Below, in pieces: positions 1-8,748 of a stretch of DNA of 29,254 bases; positions within the stretch are counted from its first letter, which is position 1, and each line of letters begins with the position of its first letter. The stretch comes from a virus (taxonomy: Duplodnaviria; Caudoviricetes), in the IMG/VR virus record IMGVR_UViG_3300032225_001255, positions 1 through 29,254 of that record; one strand, written 5' to 3'. The notes below the pieces were generated by a model. The model made no database searches. It was not told the origin of the DNA and saw only the letters and a list, made by a program, of their open reading frames with translations. A program made the translations under genes and the position numbers.

Positions 1-396
1 TGTCGTTTAAAGGCTTATCGTTGTCCTGCTAACGTCTTAACTATTGGTTATGGAAATACCTTCTACGAAGACGGAACAAAAGTAAAAGACGGCGATGTAA
101 TAACGCAGCAACGTGCTGAGGAATTGGCGAAGTTTATAATTGACCAATTTGCTGTAACCATTGCACCTTTCATTCAGAAACCGCTCAATGATAATCAATT
201 TAGTGCTTGTGTTTCACTTGCTTATAACATCGGAACGGGTGGTTTCAAAAAATCTTCTGTATTCAAGAAGTTAAACATTAATCCTAACGATGCAACAATA
301 GCTGATTCATTTCGTTTATGGAACAAAGGTGGTGGTAAAGTATTGCCTGGTTTAGTTAAACGTCGTGAGGCTGAAATTGAATTATACTTCAAATGA
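1..396 (+). CDS. Endolysin, GH24 phage lysozyme (5' truncated by window edge)
   Basis: Frame is open from base 1: CRLKAYRCPANVLTIGYGNT...NQFSACVSLAYNIGTGGF...WNKGGGKVLPGLVKRREAE. These are GH24/RrrD-type motifs; the catalytic Glu would lie just upstream of the window. Confidence 0.93.
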   Translation, partial: CRLKAYRCPANVLTIGYGNTFYEDGTKVKDGDVITQQRAEELAKFIIDQFAVTIAPFIQKPLNDNQFSACVSLAYNIGTGGFKKSSVFKKLNINPNDATIADSFRLWNKGGGKVLPGLVKRREAEIELYFK

Positions 397-397
397 T

Positions 398-646
398 ATG
401 AACACAGAAAACGAGATTCAATTGATACACGAACAGCTTCAAGATATGAACAAAAAGATAGATCGAATCTATCATGTCTTAATAGGTGATGACGAAATGA
501 AGATTGAAGGTCTTGTAAGTAAGGTTCAAAAGCATGATAAGTACATTCAGAATCAAAGGTTGCAGGTTGCTCGTTTAAGTGGTATTGCAGCAACAGCAGG
601 TGTCATTGGTGGATTAATTGTTCAACTGATTCTAAAAGCATTATGA
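398..646 (+). CDS. Coiled-coil protein with C-terminal TM helix (holin/antiholin-like)
   Basis: ATG at 398 directly follows the lysin stop; hydrophobic C-terminus IAATAGVIGGLIVQLIL; lysis-cassette position. Confidence 0.6.
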   Translation: MNTENEIQLIHEQLQDMNKKIDRIYHVLIGDDEMKIEGLVSKVQKHDKYIQNQRLQVARLSGIAATAGVIGGLIVQLILKAL

Positions 647-912
647 AAGATTGGTTGAAATCTTTGTTAACATCATGTTCAAAAGTTAGTTCGAAACGAA
701 TTGTTGCTATATTTGTTACAATTAACCTAATTACTTTTAGTTACATTGCAACTTTTACAACGTATATCTGTCCAATTGAGATGTTTGACACACTCGCATT
801 ATTGACAGGTGGAATGTTTGGTGGTACTGTGATTGAAAAGTTTACTAAATCAAAAACAAATGGCGAAGGAACTAACGACAGCACGACAAATAGCAGCGGA
901 GATTTGCAGTAA
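643..912 (+). CDS. Putative holin (2 TM)
   Basis: SSKR followed by two hydrophobic segments and a polar tail; ATGA overlap with the upstream gene. Confidence 0.6.
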   Translation: MKDWLKSLLTSCSKVSSKRIVAIFVTINLITFSYIATFTTYICPIEMFDTLALLTGGMFGGTVIEKFTKSKTNGEGTNDSTTNSSGDLQ

Positions 913-1861
913 ATTTTCAGAAACACCTTCGCTCACGTTAGCGAAAAAGTTGTTTGCTGAATATCCAGAAGTCTACAAAAACATTGAATCGGCAAGAAGT
1001 ATCATTCGTCTTATTCGTGGAAAGAATGGCAATTTCAATAGAAAAACAACAACAGATAAAAAGTTGTTTGACTCTAAACTAAGACCATTAAACCCATTTG
1101 CACTACCGAAGTCATATGCAAAGAAACGTAGACACGTCGAAGTGAAGGGAACAAAGTTCTTAATCCTTTGCGATTTGCACTTTCCCTACCAAGACAACGA
1201 AGCAATTGAGTGCGCAATTAACGAAGGTTTAAAACAAGGCTGTGATTCAATCATCTTGAATGGCGACGCGTTAGATTGTCACATGATTTCAGACTTTGTT
1301 AAAGATCCTCGTAAGCGTAAATTCAAAGATGAACTTTATTCTATTCGTCAATTTCTTGCATCGTTAAGACACACGTTTCCAACGGCAAACATTTACTATA
1401 AAGAAGGCAATCACGAAGAAAGATATTGGCGTTATATGCGAATCAAAGCACCTGAGTTATTCGACATTGACGCGTTCGACTTTCCAACGTTGACGCATTG
1501 CGACAAGCACGACGTGAAATGGATTGACGGAAAGAGCAAATTGAATATCGGCAAACTTTCGATATTTCACGGGCATGAATTCGGAAAGCAATTCCTTCCT
1601 TCTGTCAACGTAGCGCGTGGGTTGTTTATGAAGACAAAAGTAAGTGCGCTTTGCGGACACCACCACCAGACAGCGGAACACAACGAGCGCGACGCTAACG
1701 GTAAGTTTATTACTTGTTGGGGTATTGGTTGCTTATCTGAATTATCTCCCGATTACAACCCTTATTCGAAGTACAATCATGGCTTTGCAATAGTTGAGAA
1801 AGGAACAAATGGAAGTTACAGCGTTAAAAACTACCGCATACACGAAGGGAAAATACTATGA
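860..1861 (+). CDS. Calcineurin-like metallophosphoesterase with N-terminal helical/HTH-like region
   Basis: Motifs DLH, GDALD, GNHE, HGH and GHHH occur in canonical order; likely start is ATG 860. Confidence 0.88.
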   Translation: MAKELTTARQIAAEICSKFSETPSLTLAKKLFAEYPEVYKNIESARSIIRLIRGKNGNFNRKTTTDKKLFDSKLRPLNPFALPKSYAKKRRHVEVKGTKFLILCDLHFPYQDNEAIECAINEGLKQGCDSIILNGDALDCHMISDFVKDPRKRKFKDELYSIRQFLASLRHTFPTANIYYKEGNHEERYWRYMRIKAPELFDIDAFDFPTLTHCDKHDVKWIDGKSKLNIGKLSIFHGHEFGKQFLPSVNVARGLFMKTKVSALCGHHHQTAEHNERDANGKFITCWGIGCLSELSPDYNPYSKYNHGFAIVEKGTNGSYSVKNYRIHEGKIL

Positions 1862-2433
1862 AAAGGAATATACTCGCAGCAATTTTATTGTTCATTGGAA
1901 CTTCAATCTTTTGGTTGGTTATTTGTTGGAATTGGTGGGGAAAAGTTCATGCAAATAATGCAACAACTGAACTACAAACACAGGATAGCATAATAAATTA
2001 CAACGCTGGCGAATATGACCGATTACTTGCTGAACAAATAGAACTTTATAAACAACTTCGAACGTATGAAGACGCTCAACTTACAGCCAAAACCACCTAT
2101 AAAAGAACTCGTTCTACTATTGTTATTCGAGATACTATTACTCGCGTGGATGTCATCCATTTAGTTAACAGTTGCGACAGCGTTATTGCTTCCGATTCGC
2201 TTGTAATTGACAATCTAAAAGAACAATTAAACATCGAAGAACAAAAAGTAAACAACTTGCAAGAAACAGCAGGTGCTTATAAACAGAAAGAAGACATTTT
2301 ACAGGAGGAAATTAACACTCTAACTGCTGATAAAAAGAAATTGGAGAAACAAAAAAAGCGCAGAAACCATGCTTTAGTGTTTACTTCAACTGTCGCTATT
2401 TTGTCGACGTTTGTTCTTTTAATTTTACTTTAG
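1858..2433 (+). CDS. Membrane-anchored coiled-coil protein, spanin-like
   Basis: N-terminal hydrophobic segment, long coiled coil, C-terminal TM after KKRR; last gene of the lysis cassette. Confidence 0.55.
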   Translation: MKRNILAAILLFIGTSIFWLVICWNWWGKVHANNATTELQTQDSIINYNAGEYDRLLAEQIELYKQLRTYEDAQLTAKTTYKRTRSTIVIRDTITRVDVIHLVNSCDSVIASDSLVIDNLKEQLNIEEQKVNNLQETAGAYKQKEDILQEEINTLTADKKKLEKQKKRRNHALVFTSTVAILSTFVLLILL

Positions 2434-2581
2434 ATTCATCAACGTAAAACTTCATTGAGAACTGGATTGCTTCGCTTAAGAAAGTGTTGCGACTATTATC
2501 ACCGCGTTTCTCATCAATCTCATTCCAGAGGTCTTTGTGCAAGTATACGCATATTCCTTTCTTAGTTTTGCTCTGCGCCAT
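2396..2581 (-). CDS. Ribbon-helix-helix DNA-binding protein
   Basis: ICVYLHKDLWNEIDEKRGDNSRNTFLSEAI fits the beta-helix-helix RHH pattern. Confidence 0.7.
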   Translation of the reverse strand: MAQSKTKKGICVYLHKDLWNEIDEKRGDNSRNTFLSEAIQFSMKFYVDESKVKLKEQTSTK

Positions 2582-2786
2582 CTTCTTTGTTTTTAGTCAT
2601 CATTGAACCTATCATAAGCGCTAAGTAGATTTTCTCTTTTGCGTTCATGTCTTTGCGCTGTGAAAGTTCAAGAAGAATATCTCCGAGAATCTTTCCTTGT
2701 TGGAAGTAGGTTGCGATTGAATTAACAATTTCTCGTTCGCGGTCGTAAGTCATTTTTAAAGACTCGTATAGTGGTGTTTGTTTCAT
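2562..2786 (-). CDS. Hypothetical protein
   Basis: 74 aa ORF in operon packing. Confidence 0.6.
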   Translation of the reverse strand: MKQTPLYESLKMTYDREREIVNSIATYFQQGKILGDILLELSQRKDMNAKEKIYLALMIGSMMTKNKEDGAEQN

Positions 2787-2809
2787 TGTACTAATATAGT
2801 GAAGCTATG

Positions 2810-4129
2810 CTAACCGATAACATATTGTCCATAACTTGGATTGAGTTCGAAGTACATTCGCATCATAATAGCGTCGGCAACGTCAGGTGAAATGCCTTCA
2901 CGATTCTTAATAACGTCCTTCGGTGTGACCATAAGTTTTCCGTCCACGTCAGCGCGATGTCGTTTAATCATTTCAAGTTCACGAACAATTTGTTCTTTAC
3001 GTGTACTGGATAGAATCGTTACCTTGTTTTCTTCAACGTACTGAGCAAGTTTGTAGTAACATTCGCTTTTGAGATTTTGGTATTGTGCATGCTTTGGTTT
3101 AGATCCATTGACGAATCCTCGACATTTTAAGAAGTCAACGACACCACCACCTACTCCGTCTTCGTCGCATATTACGTCTTGAAGTAAAATTGAGTGTTGT
3201 TGACAGGTTAAGCGAACTTTGTTCACGACTTCATCTAACGCTGCTCTATTGAGTTCAATTATATCAATGATAGTTAGACCTTCCCAAACGCAAATGATTG
3301 TTCTGTCCTTACCAAAACGTGCTATGTCGGCTGTGATATATTTCTTACCTTCATTCATTACTTCGTTGCGGAACATTCGAAGAAGATTTTCTGTTTGGAA
3401 CAACTTGTCGCTATCGTCGTCAAACTCCCAGTTGCCTTCGAGTAGACGTTTGCGGTCGTATTCGGGAAGGCGACGCAATGATTCAATGTAAGCAACAGGA
3501 AGAAAGGGATTATCTTGCGGTAATGCTTGCACGAAAGCTCGGTGTGAAGGCAATTCGTTCCTGTTGTTCTTCATGTAGAACTCGTTGTACAACCACCCCT
3601 TCGACGGATTGCAGGACAAGAAACCTTTCGGAATAAGATTGAACTCGTTCAACTTATAACGACATCTGGAGTGAACAATGCTGACTGCTTTTTCTGTTAC
3701 TTCGGAACATTCGTCTACGAAATAATCCGTGATTTCAAGCGACCCTAATGAATTGTAGTTGACATCTGAGGGGTAAGCCTGCAAATCTTTTAGGACTATT
3801 TCGCTTCCGTTGAAGAACTTAATTATGTTCGATTGTCCGTTGAACGTGTAATGTTTATTCGCTATCAATCCGAATTCTTCAGCAGTTTCAAAGAACGTGT
3901 TTAACGTCGTCTTTTTTAAGTTGTCTAACTTTGCACGTCCAATTAAAGAACGTGTCCCTGCGTACTTCAAACGGCGTTGTATCTGCCACATACAACCGAA
4001 CTTCGTCTTACCACCACCTGCCGCGCCACCGTACAACAACTGTTCAACGATGCTGTCGGTATTCAAGTAATTCAACGCTTCAATCTGACGCGGCAGGTAT
4101 GTCGGTTTGTATGGTTGGCTCACCACCAT
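2810..4129 (-). CDS. terL: Terminase large subunit
   Basis: Walker A GGAAGGGKT, Walker B YFVDE, coupling motif SCNP, LLEGNW linker, RNase H-like nuclease motifs ADIARFGKD and PDVADA. Confidence 0.95.
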   Translation of the reverse strand: MVVSQPYKPTYLPRQIEALNYLNTDSIVEQLLYGGAAGGGKTKFGCMWQIQRRLKYAGTRSLIGRAKLDNLKKTTLNTFFETAEEFGLIANKHYTFNGQSNIIKFFNGSEIVLKDLQAYPSDVNYNSLGSLEITDYFVDECSEVTEKAVSIVHSRCRYKLNEFNLIPKGFLSCNPSKGWLYNEFYMKNNRNELPSHRAFVQALPQDNPFLPVAYIESLRRLPEYDRKRLLEGNWEFDDDSDKLFQTENLLRMFRNEVMNEGKKYITADIARFGKDRTIICVWEGLTIIDIIELNRAALDEVVNKVRLTCQQHSILLQDVICDEDGVGGGVVDFLKCRGFVNGSKPKHAQYQNLKSECYYKLAQYVEENKVTILSSTRKEQIVRELEMIKRHRADVDGKLMVTPKDVIKNREGISPDVADAIMMRMYFELNPSYGQYVIG

Positions 4130-4239
4130 TTAGTAATAAAGTGATAAATAATGTAAGCAATACAGCCAACGATTGTAACATTTAATCCAATTGATAATAC
4201 AACTCCAATTGCTGCTAAAATTTTGTCTTTTGTGTCCAT
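4120..4239 (-). CDS. Small membrane protein (39 aa, not in ORF track)
   Basis: Manual translation MDTKDKILAAIGVVLSIGLNVTIVGCIAYIIYHFITKWW; it overlaps the terL start. Confidence 0.6.
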   Translation of the reverse strand: MDTKDKILAAIGVVLSIGLNVTIVGCIAYIIYHFITKWW

Positions 4240-4245
4240 TATTTT

Positions 4246-4602
4246 TTATTTATTATCTTTTATAAAAGATCCATTTTCCATTTTACCATTTCTTTTTTTA
4301 ATAATATTATAAGCTGAATTTATACACTGTTCAATAGTAATATTATTTTCTAATTGTGAACCAGTAAAACTGTTTTTTGGCATGCCAATATTGTTTGAAA
4401 ATTTAGCAATTGAAGTTAAGACTATAACACAATCTCCAATAGCATCAATAATCTCTTCAATATTATTATTTATAATAGCCTTAGCTAATTCACCACATTC
4501 TTCTTGGAGTTTAATATATTGTGTTTTAATATCTCCATTTTGGTAAATACCTTTTGCACTTGCCCATTCTCTTATATCTGAAAATTCATTTGTTAATTTC
4601 AT
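4246..4602 (-). CDS. MazG-like (all-alpha) NTP pyrophosphohydrolase
   Basis: QYIKLQEECGELAKA...IIDAIGDCVIVL and AYNIIKKRNGKMENGSFIK. Confidence 0.88.
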   Translation of the reverse strand: MKLTNEFSDIREWASAKGIYQNGDIKTQYIKLQEECGELAKAIINNNIEEIIDAIGDCVIVLTSIAKFSNNIGMPKNSFTGSQLENNITIEQCINSAYNIIKKRNGKMENGSFIKDNK

Positions 4603-5231
4603 AAGTGTTTATTTAAAAAGTTGTTATATAAGTGTAAATTGCTAGAAAAATGATAATACCAACCAATTTTTAAATTTAATTTTTTAGCTATTAATTCTTG
4701 TAATTTTGAAAAACAGTATTGATCATTGCAAAACCCAAACCATAAATCGTTAGATCTCATATTAACAGTCATACAAAGTTTATGATTTATTATTTGAAAA
4801 TGAACAGACATTGTACATGGTGTATCGTTTTGATATGTATCTATTTCTTTACCGTCGTAAAAAGAAAGAACAGCTTGTCTTGTATTGTTATTATTTAGTT
4901 TTTCAATTACTTTTTGTAATTGATTATTTCTATTCCATTGCCAACCATAATTTGATCTTACATTTCCATTTTGATCCATATGTTTTTTCCAAATAGAAGC
5001 TTTTTTTGATATTTCTTCTGCATTAGGGTTTCCAGTTAAATACCATTGCCATTCATATTCAGCATAATTCTGATTCCAATTTCTAAAACTAGAATTTATA
5101 CTATTATTTAAAGGGTTTTCAATGTAAAAACCTATATTAAATAAAGTTTTTGTATTAGAAAATTCTTGACCATTATTACATATGTACTTATAAAAATGTT
5201 CGAAAGCATTCTGAGCATTACTAAATTTCAT
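4599..5231 (-). CDS. Thymidylate synthase-fold enzyme, dCMP hydroxymethylase/methylase-like
   Basis: NYG, TRQA, catalytic PC, MRSNDLWFGFCND and NLHLY motifs; compact at 210 aa. Confidence 0.85.
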   Translation of the reverse strand: MKFSNAQNAFEHFYKYICNNGQEFSNTKTLFNIGFYIENPLNNSINSSFRNWNQNYAEYEWQWYLTGNPNAEEISKKASIWKKHMDQNGNVRSNYGWQWNRNNQLQKVIEKLNNNNTRQAVLSFYDGKEIDTYQNDTPCTMSVHFQIINHKLCMTVNMRSNDLWFGFCNDQYCFSKLQELIAKKLNLKIGWYYHFSSNLHLYNNFLNKHL

Positions 5232-5496
5232 TTTTTTTATTATTGTAAAAATTGTTTAGAGATCCTAAATAAGCAACAGCATCTAAAAGATTATCTTCTT
5301 TGTGATTATAACTTTCACGAGATAATTTTAAAGCGACTAATGCTTTATACATTAAGTCTATACTTATATCCATACCTGTCATGCCTGAAAGAATTTTAGC
5401 TGCTCTATGCATACCTTCTTCAAAAGGACCATATTGTCTTTCTTTTTCTTCAGATCTTATATTTACAATTTCATTTGCTTTTTCTAATATATTCAT
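5221..5496 (-). CDS. Small all-alpha phage protein (DUF6378-like, often near nucleotide-modification genes)
   Basis: ILEKANEIV...RQYG...LKLSR...DNLLDAVAY pattern. Confidence 0.65.
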   Translation of the reverse strand: MNILEKANEIVNIRSEEKERQYGPFEEGMHRAAKILSGMTGMDISIDLMYKALVALKLSRESYNHKEDNLLDAVAYLGSLNNFYNNKKNEI

Positions 5497-5502
5497 TTTG
5501 TT

Positions 5503-6258
5503 TTATTGTTTTGATAGATATAATTTATACAACTCACGCATTCCTTCAAAGTGAATTGATTCTTTAAGTAGCTGACGCTTTCTATCACTCATTCGTTCAA
5601 CCATTGGCTTATTCAAGTTCTGCTCAAAGTAGATAGTCTTTCTCGCCTTCGCTTTGCAAAGTTTATATTCTTCATCTGTGAATGTATCAATTGTTATTTG
5701 CTTACTTTCTTCAAGCCAACGCATAAGTGATACTGCACGAATTTCAATAACCATGTATTTTCCCTTCTTATAGTTGTGCAAATCTTCCTGAAGCATTCTT
5801 CTCCAGCTGTCATCGTTAATAGCCATTTCTTTTTCTTTTAGTTGTTTTGATTCTTCTTCTTTTGATTCAGCAATTTCACGCTGTATTTGTAGATTGGCTT
5901 TGTCACGATGTGGTTTGTAGTGTGTCAAAACATCGCCAATGAAAGACACACTCAACGCTCCAAAGTGTTCGCATTTTTTATCAAGTTCATTCGCTGCATT
6001 TAGTTCAAACGCGAGATTGAAGTGTTCAAATGTCACCCAACGGAAGTGTTTGCCTATGAACTCGTGCAACATTTGCAACAGTTGAGCTTCTGGTAACGCG
6101 ATGCCGTACATGGCGCAGACCTTAGAACAAAGTTTGACAAACGCAGGTAGGTCGTAGTCGGCAACGAACGCGCTTTCGCGCTCTGCACGATCAACCCTTT
6201 GTGTAATTGTGAGCGTCGTTGTAGATGCGTTGCGCAGCATCGGAGTCGAATTTTCCAT
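5503..6258 (-). CDS. Putative replication accessory protein (helicase-loader/P-like position)
   Basis: Overlaps and follows the initiator-like gene; helical, FNLAFELN...HFGALSVSFIGDVL. Confidence 0.45.
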   Translation of the reverse strand: MENSTPMLRNASTTTLTITQRVDRAERESAFVADYDLPAFVKLCSKVCAMYGIALPEAQLLQMLHEFIGKHFRWVTFEHFNLAFELNAANELDKKCEHFGALSVSFIGDVLTHYKPHRDKANLQIQREIAESKEEESKQLKEKEMAINDDSWRRMLQEDLHNYKKGKYMVIEIRAVSLMRWLEESKQITIDTFTDEEYKLCKAKARKTIYFEQNLNKPMVERMSDRKRQLLKESIHFEGMRELYKLYLSKQ

Positions 6259-6613
6259 TTTTGATTTTTGTTGTTTGGTTTGTAGTTACAAAGGTAGATA
6301 AGTCCCACTTGCGCACAGCTGCCTTCCAGTCTTTCATTTGATTGCGTCCGACCTTCCAACCATTTGCTTCGTAGTGAGCATGGAATTTCTCGGTAAATTT
6401 AAGCGCATCTTGCTCACTTAGTTTCTCACAGGCATAATCATAGATTTCAACCACAGTTGGTTTCTTAAATGACGGCTTCTTTTCTTTAGTTGTTGCTGGA
6501 AGTTGTGCTTGTGGAATTGATAAGCGAATAAGAATATCATTTATCTTCTGTTCTTGTTCCTGAATTGCAGCTTCAAGTTGAATGATTCTTTGTTTTAATT
6601 GTAGTATTAGCAT
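6191..6613 (-). CDS. Phage replication-initiator C-terminal-like protein
   Basis: FKKPTVVEI...FHAHYEANGWKVGRNQMKDWKAAVRKW, a motif typical of phage replisome-organizer C-termini. Confidence 0.7.
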   Translation of the reverse strand: MLILQLKQRIIQLEAAIQEQEQKINDILIRLSIPQAQLPATTKEKKPSFKKPTVVEIYDYACEKLSEQDALKFTEKFHAHYEANGWKVGRNQMKDWKAAVRKWDLSTFVTTNQTTKIKNGKFDSDAAQRIYNDAHNYTKG

Positions 6614-6624
6614 TGATTTTAGTT

Positions 6625-6813
6625 TTAGTATTCATCTCTTTCCATATCTGCATCTTCTTCCTTCTGACAATAATAGCAAAGTCCTATTTCATCTTCAAAC
6701 ATTTCTTGAATATCGCTGTCGTCCCAGTCACGATATTTTCTATTAGTTGATTTAATTTCTGCAATTCGTTCTTCAATTATTTCTGAATCGCAATAACGAC
6801 AATATTCACTCAT
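6625..6813 (-). CDS. Small acidic zinc-binding protein
   Basis: Two CxxC pairs (CRYC, CYYC). Confidence 0.6.
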   Translation of the reverse strand: MSEYCRYCDSEIIEERIAEIKSTNRKYRDWDDSDIQEMFEDEIGLCYYCQKEEDADMERDEY

Positions 6814-6815
6814 AA

Positions 6816-7349
6816 TTATTTGATTTTAGATTTTCTTTTTGCTTTAAGTTCTTTTTGATGCTCAACGTGGTCAACAAACTTAGTAAAAAAAGCCATTGGT
6901 TTAGCATAACCTATCTCAGCTAATAAAAAACAAATGCGTTCTACGTTCGCCCGATAATATTTGTCCCACTCAACTTGTGCGCTTGCCTGGTTAATTCCAT
7001 GTAAAATAGTTGCGTGGTCTTTCTTGTATCGGTCACCAATGTTCTTTAATGATAAAACATAGCACGGTCTAATAATGAAAAATATAATTTGTCTTGCAGT
7101 TACTATTTCACGCTTTCTTGTCGTCGAATACAATGCCTGTGAAGGAACACCTAACACAGAACATGTAACATCTTCCAGAGCAGACCAAAACATATCGCGT
7201 TCGTTTTCCATTTCCTTTTGCATTTCTATTTGTTCACTAGTTAAACGCTCATAACGTGGCGTTATCATAGTCCACAATGTTTCGAAGCGTTCCATATATC
7301 TAAAAGGTATCATATCGCTGATCTCTGCTCGTATCTTCTCGTTAGTCAT
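6816..7349 (-). CDS. Stand-alone DnaA domain IV (C-terminal HTH) protein
   Basis: TRKREIVTARQI...SLKNIG...KDHATILHG matches the DnaA_C signature; no AAA+ domain. Confidence 0.85.
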   Translation of the reverse strand: MTNEKIRAEISDMIPFRYMERFETLWTMITPRYERLTSEQIEMQKEMENERDMFWSALEDVTCSVLGVPSQALYSTTRKREIVTARQIIFFIIRPCYVLSLKNIGDRYKKDHATILHGINQASAQVEWDKYYRANVERICFLLAEIGYAKPMAFFTKFVDHVEHQKELKAKRKSKIK

Positions 7350-7581
7350 TTTCTTCGTTTATTAATTTGGTTGGTGTAAAGGTGCTGAATACTTCTTCAC
7401 GTGAAAGACCTGTGTGAAGGCAAATGTTGTTAAAATCTTTGATTCTCATTCTTTCAGGGTGTGCGACGTAAAGACGTGCCGTTGGATCGCTTATGCGTAA
7501 TGCTGTCTTAAAGTTTGTTAGCGTCTTGAAGTTAATCTTCACTAAACGACCGAATGGCGTCTTGTATATTCCTTTGTTCAT
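7342..7581 (-). CDS. Small HTH/Cro-like protein
   Basis: TLTNFKTALRISDPTARLY helix-turn-helix-like segment. Confidence 0.5.
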   Translation of the reverse strand: MNKGIYKTPFGRLVKINFKTLTNFKTALRISDPTARLYVAHPERMRIKDFNNICLHTGLSREEVFSTFTPTKLINEEND

Positions 7582-7871
7582 TTTTTTAATAGTGGTTTAA
7601 TCAACTGTTGTTTTTTCTTGTTGTCGTCGTGGTTCGTTCCTCTTAGTTCTGGGTTGTGCTCCTTAACAAGTCGTGCCATGCGTGTAATATTATCTGCGCT
7701 TACATACTTTCCACTTTCGTACATAGCAAAGAAGTTGCTTGTTATATCTTTGCGTTCGTAGAATTGTTGTTCCCAAACTTTCACGCAAAGAGCTTTATTA
7801 TTGTTGCGCAGTGTAGAATATTTCTTTAGTAGTTTCTTAACTCGATTTTCCAGTGTTATTAATTTTTTCAT
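7578..7871 (-). CDS. Hypothetical basic protein
   Basis: 97 aa ORF with ATGA overlap; ITRMARLVKEHNPELRG. Confidence 0.65.
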   Translation of the reverse strand: MKKLITLENRVKKLLKKYSTLRNNNKALCVKVWEQQFYERKDITSNFFAMYESGKYVSADNITRMARLVKEHNPELRGTNHDDNKKKQQLIKPLLKK

Positions 7872-7893
7872 TGTATTTTAATTCATTAAGTGC

Positions 7894-7932
7894 TATAAAA
7901 GGCGCGTATGTATGAGATAAACGCCTTTTATA
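7894..7932. terminator. Intergenic hairpin, possible (bidirectional) terminator
   Basis: Perfect 11 bp inverted repeat TATAAAAGGCG (7894-7904) / CGCCTTTTATA (7922-7932), downstream of the SSB-like gene. Confidence 0.55.
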
Positions 7933-7945
7933 ACATGTTATTAAT

Positions 7946-8623
7946 TTAGAATGGCATATCGTCTTCGTCTGGCATTTGCATCGGTTCATTGACATTTGAT
8001 TCTTTAACTAAACCTCTTTGTTCCAACATTGCTTTTGCTCGATTAAGTTGATCTGCAGATTTGTCTAAACGATGGCTAAATTCAGCTGAAGAACTCACTT
8101 TGTTCTGCAACCACTCTGGAAGCATCTTAAAGCGTAAGTCGAAATCAGGTGAATCGTAGTCTAAAAGAAACGCTGCGTTCACCTGTGGTGGGCAAGTCAT
8201 TCCTTTAGCAAGTGGCGACGCTCCTTTCAAGTCTGCGTAGGTGCGCCCTGTGTTCGATGTGCGGTGCATTACAGACACCATTGCTTCTTTACCAAGCAAA
8301 GTACCAATGTCGAATTTAGATGCTTCAGAATCGCTCATTGCTTTTCCAAGCCAAGATTGAACGAAGGCGCGTAACCCACTCTTTTCGTGCATTGAAAGTG
8401 TGAAGTCACGTCCAATTGAGAACGGTTGTTCACCTTTACCGAAGTCAGCTAACTCTAAAGGTAGTTCAAAGACCAGGCGAACTTTGTTCACTAACTTTTC
8501 TTCACCTTGATAGGTGTCGACGATTGTGCCGATGTGAATGATTTGGTAGCAACGTGCGACGTGCGTTCCTGCGGGTACTGTTTGACCTGCGCTGTTGTTG
8601 TTTTGTTGGGCAATGATGCTCAT
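7946..8623 (-). CDS. Single-stranded DNA-binding-like protein (in-frame upstream start at 8749)
   Basis: VPAGTHVARCYQIIHIGT beta-rich core and acidic C-tail DEDDMPF typical of SSBs; A-rich leader before ATG 8623. Confidence 0.7.
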   Translation of the reverse strand: MSIIAQQNNNSAGQTVPAGTHVARCYQIIHIGTIVDTYQGEEKLVNKVRLVFELPLELADFGKGEQPFSIGRDFTLSMHEKSGLRAFVQSWLGKAMSDSEASKFDIGTLLGKEAMVSVMHRTSNTGRTYADLKGASPLAKGMTCPPQVNAAFLLDYDSPDFDLRFKMLPEWLQNKVSSSAEFSHRLDKSADQLNRAKAMLEQRGLVKESNVNEPMQMPDEDDMPF

Positions 8624-8748
8624 GTTGTTTATTTGGTTTTGATTTATATAATTTTCAAATTTGTTTGCGAGCTTTGTTTCTTCATTCTGCCAGAACCATT
8701 CGTTCTGCGACATTTGCTCCTCTTCGCTTATTCGCTTGTAATAACCCA

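Noticed and set aside
4599-5231. Assigning gene symbol thyA
   Set aside because: The specificity residue is Asp (FCND) rather than the Asn of canonical ThyA.
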